A DNA stretch of 64,000 nucleotides from contig CAWBBV010000007.1 of the NCBI GenBank assembly GCA_963787125.1, positions 192,001 to 256,000 on the forward strand, written 5' to 3'. The notes under the pieces are model-generated. The model did no database searches, was not told the origin of the DNA, and saw only the letters and a program-made list of their open reading frames with translations. The DNA is from an uncultured delta proteobacterium (GTDB taxonomy: Bacteria; Desulfobacterota; Desulfuromonadia; Geobacterales; DSM-12255). Positions 40,040 through 50,299 of the stretch are shown piece after piece (the stretch's first letter is position 1; each line of letters opens with the position of its first letter). The position numbers and the translations under genes are program-made.

Positions 40040-40510
40040 TCACAAGATTGTTTCATCAGTTGTGAACTTTCCGGCATAAGTGTTGATTCGCTTCACACTA
40101 TCGAAAAGAAGTGGCGTCGTCCGCAGACTCTCGATATAAATGTTCGTGATATCTTCCTCTGACTCGGCGTATTCATGGGCAATTCTGTTTCGAAGCATGC
40201 GAATCTGAGCAAACTGTTGTGCTGATGAGATGAGCCCTTTTTTCTCGGCACGATTTATGGCATCACGGATGGTTTCAGGAGCTTCATCAAGATCCAGAAT
40301 ATCAATCAGCTTGATAGCCTGTTTAATAATAAGGTCGGACAACCTGGCATACTTGGAGGTCAATGATTCGAAGCGGTCTTGCTCCTCCCGATCATATTCA
40401 CCTTTGATTCCGATCGAGAGGCACTTTTCATATGAGTATTCCAGCGTTTCATCTGCTTTACGCAATCGGTCCAGCAGCTCTTTTAAATATGCGCTCTCTT
40501 CTTTTCCCAT
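40040..40510 (-). CDS. HEPN-domain (nucleotidyltransferase substrate-binding type) toxin
   Basis: RDAINRAEKKGLI, RNRIAHEY (RX4HXY). Confidence 0.8.
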   Translation of the reverse strand: MGKEESAYLKELLDRLRKADETLEYSYEKCLSIGIKGEYDREEQDRFESLTSKYARLSDLIIKQAIKLIDILDLDEAPETIRDAINRAEKKGLISSAQQFAQIRMLRNRIAHEYAESEEDITNIYIESLRTTPLLFDSVKRINTYAGKFTTDETIL

Positions 40511-40794
40511 AATTTAACCGTCCCCTTTGCCAGCACCATCCGGACAAAAGTATTTTTAAGTTCACTTCCGGTCAGAACAAAGTCAAGCTTCTGCTCGTCA
40601 ATATGTTGAAACAACTCCTCCTCTATAAGGAAAAGCATGTTTTTATCCACGACATCCGATTTAATAAGGATATCGATATCGCCCCCCCTTTTGGAGTCAT
40701 CGAGCCTTGATCCGAACAGGTGAATTTCGGCGTTTTCATCGAACATGAGGATTGCGTTTATTATAGCATGCCGCTCTTCTTCAGAAATCCTCAT
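40483..40794 (-). CDS. MNT nucleotidyltransferase antitoxin
   Basis: LFGSRLDDSKRGGDIDIL. Confidence 0.88.
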   Translation of the reverse strand: MRISEEERHAIINAILMFDENAEIHLFGSRLDDSKRGGDIDILIKSDVVDKNMLFLIEEELFQHIDEQKLDFVLTGSELKNTFVRMVLAKGTVKLWEKKRAHI

Positions 40795-40849
40795 TTAATT
40801 GCCCCTTGCTGTAAATACTTTTTGGGTTTAAAACCTTCTCGCATTGCCT

Positions 40850-41010
40850 TTCACGTAATGCTTAAAACTTTATCAGGAAAATTCACCCGATGCAAATAGC
40901 GATTTTATCAAAGGAAACGTTTAATAGGTCATGGGCTGACGAGAGTATCTGGCATTGTTAATGCCGAAGTGTGGGGGGATCGTTTATGGAAAAACAAGTC
41001 TTTCTTTTTA
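40850..41010 (-). promoter_or_regulatory. Promoter-bearing block, copy 2 (TTGCAT-N17-TAAAGT at 40895-40867)
   Basis: Direct repeat of 38143-38313. Confidence 0.65.
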
Positions 41011-41770
41011 GCCACGGATGTCACGGATGAACACGGATAAAACCTTTTGAAATCTTTTTTTGGTTAAACACTTTAGATTTTGTTTTTCATCGGTGTAAAT
41101 CCGTGTAATCCGTGGCTAAAGGCCTTTGCCTTAAAACCCTTGGCCACGGATGTCACGGATGTTCACGGATAAAATCCCTATAATCTTCTTGGGGTAAACC
41201 TTCTTTGGTTAGCCTTTCATCAGTGTTAATCCGTGTAATCCGTGGCAAAGGCTTTTTTTCTGAAAACTCTTGGCCACGGATGTCACGGATGAACACGGAT
41301 AGAACCTTTTGAAATCTTTTTTTGGTTAAACACTTTAGATTTTGTTTTTCATCGGTGTAAATCCGTGTAATCCGTGGCTAAAGGCCTTTGACTTAAAACC
41401 CTTGGCCACGGATGTCACGGATGTTCACGGATAAAATCCCTATAATCTTCTTGGGGTAAACCTTCTTTGGTTAGCCTTTCATCAGTGTAAATCCGTGTAA
41501 TCCGTGGCAAATGCTTTTTTTCTGAAAACTCTTGGCCACGGATGTCACGGATGAACACGGATAGAACCTTTTGACATCTTTTTTTGGTTAAACACTTTAG
41601 ATTTTGTTTTTCATCGGTGTAAATCCGTGTAATCCGTGGCTAAAGGCCTTTGACTTAAAACCCTTGGCCACGGATGTCACGGATGTTCACGGATAAAATC
41701 TTTACAATCTTCTTGGGGTAAACCTTTTTCGTTTAGCCTTTCATCCGTGTTAATCCGTGTAATCCGTGGC
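41011..41770. repeat. Hairpin-repeat array 3: six units alternating two loop types
   Basis: Units at 41011, 41143, 41273, 41405, 41535, 41667. Confidence 0.95.
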
Positions 41771-41795
41771 AGAAAGCTTTTCACGTTGCTGTTCC

Positions 41796-43100
41796 TCAAT
41801 CCTTCTTCTGCTTCTCCATTGCATCATCCATAACCTTATAGGCACAGAACTCGCCACACATGGTGCAGGCGCCATGGTCGGCAACCCCAGATTCTGCACG
41901 GAGCTGACGGGCTTTATCCGGGTCGAGCGCCAGGGCGAACTGCCCCTCCCAGTCCAGTTTTTTGCGGCATTTGGCCATGGCGATGTCCTTGTCGATGGCG
42001 CCTTTCACCCCTTTGACGATATCGCCGGCGTGGGCGGCAATGCGGGTGGCGATGACGCCGTCGCGGACATCCTGGACTGACGGGAGTTTCAGGTGTTCGG
42101 CCGGAGTGACATAACAGAGGAAGTCAGCGCCTTCTGCGGCGGCGACTGTGCCGCCGATGGCGCAGGTGATATGGTCGTAGCCGGGGGCAATATCGGTTAC
42201 CAGCGGCCCGAGAACATAAAATGGTGCACCGTGGCAGAGGCGTTTCTGAAGGAGAATGTTGGCTTTTATCTGGTTGAGCGGCATATGACCCGGCCCTTCG
42301 ATCATGACCTGGACACCGGCATCCCAGGCCCGTTGGGTGAGTTCTCCCAGAAGGATAAGCTCCTGGATCTGGGCCCGGTCGGTAGCGTCGGCAAGGCAGC
42401 CGGGACGGAAACCGTCGCCGAGGGAGAGGGTCAGGTCGTACTCCCTGGATATCTGCAGCAGTTTGTCGAAATGCTCGAAGAGCGGGTTTTCAGCGTTATT
42501 GTAGGCCATCCATTCGATGGTGAAGGCGCCGCCACGGGAGACAACATCCATGATCCGCCCTTCGTTCTTCATCCGCTCGACGGTGCTTCTGGTAACTCCG
42601 CAATGCACGGTGATGAAGTCGACACCGTCTTCGGCGTGTTTGATGATGCCGGCGAACATCTCTTCAACCGTCATATCTACAATCGCTTTCTTGCGCACTC
42701 TTACCGCATCGAGGGCCGCCTGGTACAGTGGTACCGAGCCGATGCAGGCGCTTGTTTCGGCAATGATGGCACGGCGGATTTCGTCGACAGGGCCGCCGGT
42801 AGAAAGATCCATGATGGCGTCAGCGCCGTATTTAACAGCAGTCCGCGCTTTTTCAAGCTCTTTGGAGATGTCGAGATCGTCCGAAGATGAGCCGATGTTG
42901 GCATTCACCTTGGTGCGCAGCCCCTTGCCGACCGGGAGCGGCATGCCGTTCAGATGTTTGATGTTGTGGCAGATAATGATATTGCCGGCGGCAATTCCGT
43001 CACGGATAAATTCAGGTGACACCCCTTCAGAGGCGGCGGCAGCGGTCATTTTCTCGGTTATTATTCCTTTGCGGGCGTAGTCAAGCTGGGTTGTTGCCAT
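41796..43100 (-). CDS. thiC: Phosphomethylpyrimidine synthase
   Basis: [41 protein letters not shown]. Confidence 0.97.
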   Translation of the reverse strand: MATTQLDYARKGIITEKMTAAAASEGVSPEFIRDGIAAGNIIICHNIKHLNGMPLPVGKGLRTKVNANIGSSSDDLDISKELEKARTAVKYGADAIMDLSTGGPVDEIRRAIIAETSACIGSVPLYQAALDAVRVRKKAIVDMTVEEMFAGIIKHAEDGVDFITVHCGVTRSTVERMKNEGRIMDVVSRGGAFTIEWMAYNNAENPLFEHFDKLLQISREYDLTLSLGDGFRPGCLADATDRAQIQELILLGELTQRAWDAGVQVMIEGPGHMPLNQIKANILLQKRLCHGAPFYVLGPLVTDIAPGYDHITCAIGGTVAAAEGADFLCYVTPAEHLKLPSVQDVRDGVIATRIAAHAGDIVKGVKGAIDKDIAMAKCRKKLDWEGQFALALDPDKARQLRAESGVADHGACTMCGEFCAYKVMDDAMEKQKKD

Positions 43101-43111
43101 TTAATTGCTCC

Positions 43112-44545
43112 TTAAAGTTTCATTTCGTCTGCAGCTGCATAGTGATTCACCGGTCCATGGCCGTTGCCTAGCGGCTCTGCCAGCCGGATTGCTGCGGTTA
43201 TGAACTGTTTGGCTTTCCGGATTGCTTCAGGCAGAGGATATCCCTGAGCTAAAAAAGAGGCGATTGCTGCCGAAAGGGTACAGCCGGTGCCGTGGGTGTT
43301 GGTGGAGATGATTCTTGGTGAGGCAAAGCGGCTGAAAGTGTTGCCGTCAAATAACAGGTCGACAGACTCTTCGCCGGCAGCATGCCCCCCCTTTATCAGG
43401 ATATTGCGTGCTCCCGCCTTATGCAGCGCTCTGGCCGCTGCCTGCATATCCGCAGTAGTGTTGATGCTGATGCCGGTCAGCGCTTCTGCTTCCGGGATGT
43501 TCGGGGTCAGAAGGTACGTCAACGGCAGCAGCCGCTCTTTCAGGGAGGTGACAGCTTCCCTGCCGATCAGGTCTGCGCCCCCCTTGGCAATCATGACCGG
43601 ATCAACGACCAGCAGCTTCTTGTTATAAAAGGAGAGCCTGTCAACAATGACATTGATAATAGCGGCAGAAAAAAGCATGCCGGTCTTTACCACGTCAATC
43701 GGGATGTCTGAGAGGACCGCCTCCAGCTGCGCGGCGACAAACTCCGGCGGAGTCGGCTGAATACCGCTGACGCCGAGACTGTTCTGTGCAGTCAGCGCTG
43801 TGATGACCGATGCGCCGTAGCTCCCCAAAAGGGTTATGGTCTTTAAGTCTGCCTGGATCCCGGCGCCGCCGCCGGAATCACTCCCTGCTATTGTGAGGAC
43901 CGAACCCTTAGGATAGCGCCGGTTGCGGTTGAAGAGCAGCTGCAGTTCTGCCGCGGCAATTGCCGGTTCAAGGTGGGACATGACCGCCGAGATCACCGCG
44001 ATTGCGTCCGCGCCGGCAGCAATGACTGCTGCGGCGTTATCCCGCTCTAGCCCGCCGATGGCGACAATCGGCAGCGTCACTACGGCTCTGGTCCCGGCAA
44101 GCAGCTCAACCCCGGCGAGATGTTTTATCGCTTTACTCGCTGTCGGGAAGATGGCGCCAAAGCCGATATAGTCAGCTCCTGCTGCCTCGGCTTGTGCAGC
44201 CTCTTCCGGGGTGTGAGTCGAAATGCCGATAAGCTTGTCATTGCCGAGAAGCTGCCGCGCCGCCGCAGGGTCGCCGTCCTCCTGGCCGAGATGGACACCG
44301 TCGGCGTTCAGCTCAAGTGCCAGCAGCGGCTCGTCATTGACGATGAAAAGAACTCCGGCTGTGCGGCATAATGTTGCCAGCTCTCGCCCCAGCCGCAGCT
44401 TAGCGGCGCTGTCCAGTTCCTTGGCGCGGAACTGGAGCGCACACGCAGATGGCAACGCCTCGCTGACACGCGCCAGCAAGTTTTCCTTGTCATCGGTGAT
44501 AAGGTAAAGCCCTTTAAGCTGCGCTGTTTTGCTGACTTGCCTCAA
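43112..44545 (-). CDS. thiDE: Fused thiamine-phosphate synthase / HMP(-P) kinase (ThiE-ThiD)
   Basis: LYLITD, ADGVHLGQED, VAIGG; then IAGSDSGGGAGIQADLK, THGTGCTLS; TTG start after gggag. Confidence 0.92.
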   Translation of the reverse strand: MRQVSKTAQLKGLYLITDDKENLLARVSEALPSACALQFRAKELDSAAKLRLGRELATLCRTAGVLFIVNDEPLLALELNADGVHLGQEDGDPAAARQLLGNDKLIGISTHTPEEAAQAEAAGADYIGFGAIFPTASKAIKHLAGVELLAGTRAVVTLPIVAIGGLERDNAAAVIAAGADAIAVISAVMSHLEPAIAAAELQLLFNRNRRYPKGSVLTIAGSDSGGGAGIQADLKTITLLGSYGASVITALTAQNSLGVSGIQPTPPEFVAAQLEAVLSDIPIDVVKTGMLFSAAIINVIVDRLSFYNKKLLVVDPVMIAKGGADLIGREAVTSLKERLLPLTYLLTPNIPEAEALTGISINTTADMQAAARALHKAGARNILIKGGHAAGEESVDLLFDGNTFSRFASPRIISTNTHGTGCTLSAAIASFLAQGYPLPEAIRKAKQFITAAIRLAEPLGNGHGPVNHYAAADEMKL

Positions 44546-44560
44546 GTTAAAACTCCCGAT

Positions 44561-44592
44561 AAAAAAAGCCGTGACTTCAAGGGTCACGGCTT
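44561..44592 (-). terminator. Riboswitch expression-platform terminator
   Basis: Minus strand aagccgtgac-ccttgaa-gtcacggctt-ttttt. Confidence 0.85.
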
Positions 44593-44624
44593 CCAGAGAG
44601 ATGAGTATCAATAGGTCATTTCTG

Positions 44625-44846
44625 GCCGCTTCCCTACGCCGGCGTTACCCGGATCAGGTGATAGGGGTTCAAGGGGTTAGTTCCAATTCCAAATCAAAGC
44701 GGCATCTTCGTTGGCTCGTCTTCGGCTCCTCAACGTACGATTAGTACGCCTCGTCGCCTCAATCCTCGCCGCCTTGATGTCATCTTTGATTTACAACCGG
44801 AATAAGACATCCCTCATCTCAGCCCTGACAGGCTCCCCCAGCTGGC
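44625..44846 (-). promoter_or_regulatory. TPP riboswitch with a large internal insertion
   Basis: Minus strand GGGGAGCC..GGGCTGAGA ... ACCCC..ACCTGATCCGGGTAACGCCGGCGTAGGGAAG upstream of thiDE-thiC. Confidence 0.9.
44681..44802. mobile_element. MITE-like palindromic insertion inside the TPP aptamer
   Basis: Imperfect TIR ttcc..tt..aaatcaaag / ctttgattt..aa..ggaa; central cgtac-gatta-gtacg palindrome. Confidence 0.55.
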
Positions 44847-45007
44847 ATATTGTGCGACAAAGTAGAGTAAAACGGCCAGAAAGTCAATTGCTTTGAGATT
44901 TAAGGGCGATATTGATTCATGCTTTACAGGCTCAGTTGTGAATGGTAAAAACTTGAGCGTATTTAACTCCATAGCTGTTGAACGTATTTAAGACTAAAGG
45001 GACTTCA

Positions 45008-46141
45008 ATGTCAGACAGCAGGCCGACAGTCGCTGAGATAGATCTTGCCGCGCTGCGCTATAATTACGGCAGCATAAGGGAATCGTTAAAGCCTGACTGT
45101 GGTCTTTTGGCGATTGTCAAAGCCGATGCTTATGGTCACGGCTTTATGGATGTGGCGCTTGAGCTGGAAAAACTGGGGGTGACCGCCTTTGGGGTGGCTT
45201 TTCTTGCCGAAGGGATCCAGCTGCGTAAGAGCGGTATCGACCGGCCGATTCTGATCCTTGGCGGGATCTATCCGGGGCAGGAGAAGAAGTCAGTCGGCTT
45301 CAACCTATCCATTGCGGTATTCGATCTGCAACAGGCCCTGGCGCTTGATGCGGCGGCCGGGAGGCTTTATCGCAAGGCGAAGCTTCACGTCAAGATCGAT
45401 ACCGGCATGGGGCGGCTCGGAGTCCCGTGCCAGCAGGCAGAGACGTTCTTTGCCGCCCTGAAAGAGCTGAAAAATATCGAGGTCGAAGGGGTAATGTCCC
45501 ACTTCGCTGCGGCTGATGAACTTGACGAATCAGGGCGGGAGTATACGAACCGGCAGGCCGAGCACTTTGCCATGGCGGTTGCCAGCGCCCGCGAGAATGG
45601 CTTTACGCCCCGTTATGTCCACATTGCCAACAGTGCCGCGACTTTTGCGCTTGATCCGGGAGGGTGCAACCTTGTTCGCCCCGGCATAACTCTCTATGGC
45701 GCGCTCCCTTCGGCTGATTTTGCCGGCAAGCTGGATTTAAAGCCGGTTATGGCGCTAAAAAGCAGAATCGCCATGCTCAAGTGGGTTGAGCCCGGCACCA
45801 GTATCAGTTACGCCCGCCGCTACACCACGGGAGCAAAAACTCTGGTCGCCAGTGTGCCGGTCGGTTATGCCGACGGTTACCGGCGCTCACTCACCAACAG
45901 GGGCGAAGTGCTTGTCCGGGGGGTGAGAGCTCCGGTCATTGGCACGGTCTGCATGGACTGGATCATGCTGGATGTAAGCCTGGTGCCTGATGTGGCGACC
46001 GGTGACGAAGTAGTCCTTATGGGGAGCGATGGTGAAGGGCGCTCCATCTGTGCAGAGGAGCTGGCCGAGTGGTCCGGGACGATCCCCTACGAGTTTTTCT
46101 GCGGGATCAGTAAACGGGTGCCGAGAATATATAAGTCATGA
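45008..46141 (+). CDS. alr: Alanine racemase
   Basis: [39 protein letters not shown]. Confidence 0.96.
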   Translation: MSDSRPTVAEIDLAALRYNYGSIRESLKPDCGLLAIVKADAYGHGFMDVALELEKLGVTAFGVAFLAEGIQLRKSGIDRPILILGGIYPGQEKKSVGFNLSIAVFDLQQALALDAAAGRLYRKAKLHVKIDTGMGRLGVPCQQAETFFAALKELKNIEVEGVMSHFAAADELDESGREYTNRQAEHFAMAVASARENGFTPRYVHIANSAATFALDPGGCNLVRPGITLYGALPSADFAGKLDLKPVMALKSRIAMLKWVEPGTSISYARRYTTGAKTLVASVPVGYADGYRRSLTNRGEVLVRGVRAPVIGTVCMDWIMLDVSLVPDVATGDEVVLMGSDGEGRSICAEELAEWSGTIPYEFFCGISKRVPRIYKS

Positions 46142-46212
46142 CAGTACAGTTGGTTACTACTGCTTTGAGATTTTACATTTTGTGAGCAAACTTGAAAATC
46201 CAAAACCGCTTA

Positions 46213-46309
46213 ACGCGGATAACTCCGGATAGAATCTGATAAAAATCTGATCATACCCAAAAAAGGCTTAAATCCGCCTTTATCCGAAGTTATCAGATTC
46301 GATCCGTGT
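46213..46309. repeat. Solitary degenerate hairpin with 10-nt-spaced CGGAT/ATCCG units
   Basis: Four cggat/ctgat units on the left, four atccg/atcag units on the right. Confidence 0.5.
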
Positions 46310-46387
46310 GAAATAGTTTTTGATTCTTCTTTGTTTGGTTCCGGCTTTGCCGGCTTTTAAGTAAGCTTAAAGGGGAGGTGATCAACG

Positions 46388-47425
46388 GTGACGGCAAAAA
46401 TTAAACTTACTCACCTCGTCAAGGCGGCCGGTTGAGCCGCCAAACTTGGTCCAGCGGGTCTGGACAAAATAATTGAAAATATTGGCATTTCATCTGACCC
46501 GGCGCTGTTGGTTGGGCCTGCCAGCTCGGATGATGCGGGGGTCTACCGGCTTTCAGCTGAACTGGCGCTGGTAGAAACCACGGATGTCATAACCCCTTTG
46601 GTGGACGATCCGTTCACCTTTGGCCGGATAGCTGCGACCAACGCCATCTCGGACGTCTACGCCATGGGGGGGCGGCCGGTGACCGCCATGAATCTGGTTT
46701 TCTTCCCGGCGTGCAGTCTCGGGCAGGAGGTTCTGGCAGAGATATTGCGTGGCGGCCAGTACGCCATGCAGGAGGCCGGTGTCTGCCTTGTCGGCGGCCA
46801 TACTGTCGAAGACGATGAGTTGAAATACGGGTTGGCAGTGACCGGACTGATTCATCCGGAGCGGATTGTCCGCAACAATACCCCTAAAAGCGGCGACAGA
46901 CTGATTCTTACCAAACCGCTCGGCAGCGGCATCATTGCTACGGCCATCAAGGGGGAGTCAGCGGCGGCAACGCAGATAGCCGAAGCCATCAGCTGGATGA
47001 CGCTGCAAAATGGCCGGGCAGCGGCGCTGATGCTTCTGTGCGGGGCTTCGGCGGCAACTGACGTCACCGGCTTCGGTCTGATCGGCCATGCCTGTGAAAT
47101 GGCGAGCGGCGGCGCAGTGACCCTTGCCTTGCGGCTTGACAGCATCCCGCTGATGACAGGGGTTGCCGGACTGGTCGCCGAGGGGATGACCCCTGCCGGT
47201 GCTTACCGGAATCGTGATCATTTCGGCAAAGATGTCGGCGGGATAGTGTCTGTTGATGAACGGCTTCTGCCTCTTTTTGATCCGCAGACATCGGGCGGGC
47301 TACTGATTTCACTACCGCCGGAAGGGGCTGACAGATTTTTGGAGCTGGCAGAGCGGGAACAGCTTTATGCTGTCGAGATAGGTTCAGTCGTGCCAAGAGG
47401 AGATGGCTCAGTTGCGATCATCTGA
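46388..47425 (+). CDS. selD: Selenophosphate synthetase, selenoprotein (Sec16 = TGA 46433-46435)
   Basis: GGAGGT RBS, GTG start, [18 protein letters not shown] in frame with [26 protein letters not shown]. Confidence 0.93.
46449..46465 (+). promoter_or_regulatory. Candidate bacterial SECIS hairpin
   Basis: gtccag-cgggt-ctggac beginning 13 nt after the UGA. Confidence 0.6.
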
Positions 47426-48683
47426 AAGATATGCCATTGCCATCGATCTCGGCACGACAACGCTTGCTGCGGCGTTGGTAACGCTGCCGGACGGGAGGCT
47501 GCTCGCCAGAGGGGGGGCGCTCAATCCGCAAAGAGTCCATGGCCTTGATGTTATTGCCCGACTTGAATATGCCGGACGCTCCGCAGAGAACCTGCGCGCG
47601 ATGCAGACCCTTATCAATGCCGAGCTTTCACGGCTTGCCGAACAGCTGCTGACTGAGGCAGGGGTAGCCGCTGACTCGGTTGACAGCGTCTCCATAGCCG
47701 GTAACCCGACCATGAGTCATCTCCTTCTCGGTCTGCCGGTTGACACCTTGGCCCATCCACCCTACAGGCCCCGGATGACGGGGGCTCACAGGCTCCGGAC
47801 CAGGGAGCTGGGGTGGACGATTGATGCCGGGCTGTACGTTTTTCCTTCACCCGGCGGCTTTGTCGGCGGCGATACGCTTGCCTTCCTCTTCGGTTTAGGC
47901 TTTCCGGATGCCGCTGCCCAAATCCCGGATCCCGCTCTTTTTTTAGATTTAGGCACCAACGGCGAAATAGCGCTTGTTGCCGGCGGCCAGCTGTATGCGA
48001 CCTCCGCCGCCGCCGGGCCCGCCTTTGAGGGGGGCAATCTTTCCTGCGGCATGGCGGCTCTGCCCGGGGCGATCTTTTCGGTCAAGGCGCTTGATGGTCG
48101 CCTTGTTACTGAGACTGTTGCCGCTGCCCCGCCAAAAGGGCTCTGCGGTTCCGGCGTTCTTGATACGGTTGCGCTGCTTTTAAACGAGGGTCTGCTGGAT
48201 GCTTCCGGGCAGCTGCTTGATCCCGGCGGGATTTCATCGCCGCTCGGCGGCCGGCTGCAGCATATCGGCGAAGAACGCCACTTCATAATTTATCGTGATG
48301 CAAACGCTCTGGTCTCCCTTTCACAAGGGGATATCAGGCAGATTCAGCTTGCCAAAGGGGCGGTCAGAGGCGCCATGGAGGTTCTCTTTGCCCGGGCGAA
48401 TATAAACGGCGCAGGCCTTCGTCAGATCATTCTTACCGGCTCTTTTGGCGCAGCCATCAGGTTCGAAAGTCTTAAATCACTTGGTGTTCTGACCGAAACC
48501 ATGGTAAAAAACTCGAGTTTTGTCCGCGAAGGGGCGCTTGCCGGCGCGCTGCTTTCTTTGACTGCTGTAGACGCCGGACCGCAGATAGAGCGCCTCTCGG
48601 CGGCGCTGAAGATAATACCGCTTTCAGGGACACCGCTGTTTGAACAGCATTTTATGACACATATTAACTTTCCATCACAATAA
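47403..48683 (+). CDS. ASKHA/RACo-like (DUF4445) protein
   Basis: [47 protein letters not shown]. Confidence 0.8.
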   Translation: MAQLRSSERYAIAIDLGTTTLAAALVTLPDGRLLARGGALNPQRVHGLDVIARLEYAGRSAENLRAMQTLINAELSRLAEQLLTEAGVAADSVDSVSIAGNPTMSHLLLGLPVDTLAHPPYRPRMTGAHRLRTRELGWTIDAGLYVFPSPGGFVGGDTLAFLFGLGFPDAAAQIPDPALFLDLGTNGEIALVAGGQLYATSAAAGPAFEGGNLSCGMAALPGAIFSVKALDGRLVTETVAAAPPKGLCGSGVLDTVALLLNEGLLDASGQLLDPGGISSPLGGRLQHIGEERHFIIYRDANALVSLSQGDIRQIQLAKGAVRGAMEVLFARANINGAGLRQIILTGSFGAAIRFESLKSLGVLTETMVKNSSFVREGALAGALLSLTAVDAGPQIERLSAALKIIPLSGTPLFEQHFMTHINFPSQ

Positions 48684-48696
48684 AAGGAGTTGTTCC

Positions 48697-50262
48697 ATGG
48701 CTAAAATTACCAGGGCGCTGATCAGCGTCTCCGACAAAACCGGAGTAATCGAATTTTCAAAAGAGCTGGCCCGTTACGGTGTGGAGATCCTTTCCACCGG
48801 CGGCACCGCGAAACTTTTGCGTGACGCTGGCTTGACAGTGAAGGATGTTTCCGATTTTACCGGTTTTCCTGAGATGCTGGACGGCAGGGTAAAGACTCTC
48901 CATCCCAAGGTGCATGGCGGCCTGCTCGGCATGAGAGGGAATCCGGAACATGTGGAAACCATGAAAAAACATGGCATTGAGCCGATCGACATGGTTGTCG
49001 TCAACCTTTACCCGTTCGAGGCCACAGTTGCCAAGCCGGACTGCAGTCTTGAAGATGCCATAGAAAACATCGATATCGGCGGGCCGACCATGCTCCGTTC
49101 CGCAGCCAAGAACAATGCCGATGTGACGGTTCTGGTTGATTGCGCCGATTACCGGACGGTGCTGACGGAGATGGCAGAAAATAGCGGGGTTGTCAGCAAG
49201 AGTACCAATTTCCGCCTGGCAGTAAAGGTGTATCAGCATACTGCCGCCTATGACGGTGCCATCTCCAACTGGCTCGGCTGCAGGCTGGGCGAAGGGGTTG
49301 ATCTGTTTCCTGCGACCATTACCACCCAGTATCAAAAAATCCAGGAGATGCGCTATGGTGAGAATCCCCATCAGTCGGCCGCTTTTTATGTCGAAAAAAA
49401 TGTGCCCGAAGCATCAATCGCAACTGCCCGTCAACTCCAGGGGAAGGAACTCTCCTACAACAACATTGCTGATACTGATGCCGCCCTTGAATGCATCAAG
49501 CAGTTCATGGAAGGACCGGCCTGCGTTATCGTCAAACATGCCAACCCCTGCGGTGTGGCTATCGGCAGCACCGTGCTGGAAGCCTATGAAAAGGCGTACT
49601 CCACCGATACCGAGTCGGCTTTTGGCGGGATAATCGCGGTTAACTGCGAGCTGGACGCGGCAACGGCCCAGGCAATCGTTGACCGGCAGTTTGTTGAAGT
49701 TATCATTGCGCCGAAGGTTCACCAGGACGCTGTTGCCATCGTTGCTGCCAAGAAAAACGTCAGGCTGCTCGAATGCGGTATGTGGCCGGCAAAGAGTGCT
49801 GCCCGGCTGGATTACAAGCGGGTTAACGGCGGCATGCTGGTGCAGGATGCTGACCTGCTGCTCTCTAATGAAATAAAGGTTGTCACCAAAAGAGCGCCGA
49901 CAGATGCGGAGATGCAGGATCTGCTGTTCGCCTGGCGCGTTGCCAAGTTTGTCAAATCCAATGCGATCGTCTACGGGAAAGATCTGATGACCGTCGGTGT
50001 CGGCGCCGGCCAGATGAGCCGCGTCAACTCTGCCCGCATCGCCGCAATCAAGGCAGAGCATGCCGGGCTTGAAGTCAAGGGTGCCGTTATGGCTTCTGAT
50101 GCTTTCTTCCCTTTTCGGGACGGCATCGACAATGCTGCTGCTGTCGGCATTACGGCGGTAATTCAGCCTGGCGGCAGCATGCGTGATGCCGAGACCATTG
50201 CCGCTGCTGATGAACATGGCATGGCGATGGTGTTTACAACAATGCGCCATTTCAGGCATTAA
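48697..50262 (+). CDS. purH: AICAR transformylase / IMP cyclohydrolase
   Basis: [38 protein letters not shown]. Confidence 0.98.
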   Translation: MAKITRALISVSDKTGVIEFSKELARYGVEILSTGGTAKLLRDAGLTVKDVSDFTGFPEMLDGRVKTLHPKVHGGLLGMRGNPEHVETMKKHGIEPIDMVVVNLYPFEATVAKPDCSLEDAIENIDIGGPTMLRSAAKNNADVTVLVDCADYRTVLTEMAENSGVVSKSTNFRLAVKVYQHTAAYDGAISNWLGCRLGEGVDLFPATITTQYQKIQEMRYGENPHQSAAFYVEKNVPEASIATARQLQGKELSYNNIADTDAALECIKQFMEGPACVIVKHANPCGVAIGSTVLEAYEKAYSTDTESAFGGIIAVNCELDAATAQAIVDRQFVEVIIAPKVHQDAVAIVAAKKNVRLLECGMWPAKSAARLDYKRVNGGMLVQDADLLLSNEIKVVTKRAPTDAEMQDLLFAWRVAKFVKSNAIVYGKDLMTVGVGAGQMSRVNSARIAAIKAEHAGLEVKGAVMASDAFFPFRDGIDNAAAVGITAVIQPGGSMRDAETIAAADEHGMAMVFTTMRHFRH

Positions 50263-50299
50263 TTCATGTAAGAGCATTAGATAAGAAACGGGAGTTTTT

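Noticed and set aside
38314..41770. CRISPR array interpretation of the repeats
   Set aside because: Loops and linkers recur as two alleles rather than unique spacers, units are ~130-bp inverted-arm pairs, and no cas genes are present
44546..44611. Longer ThiDE start given by the ORF track
   Set aside because: Would run through the riboswitch terminator; a TTG with gggag RBS lies at 44545
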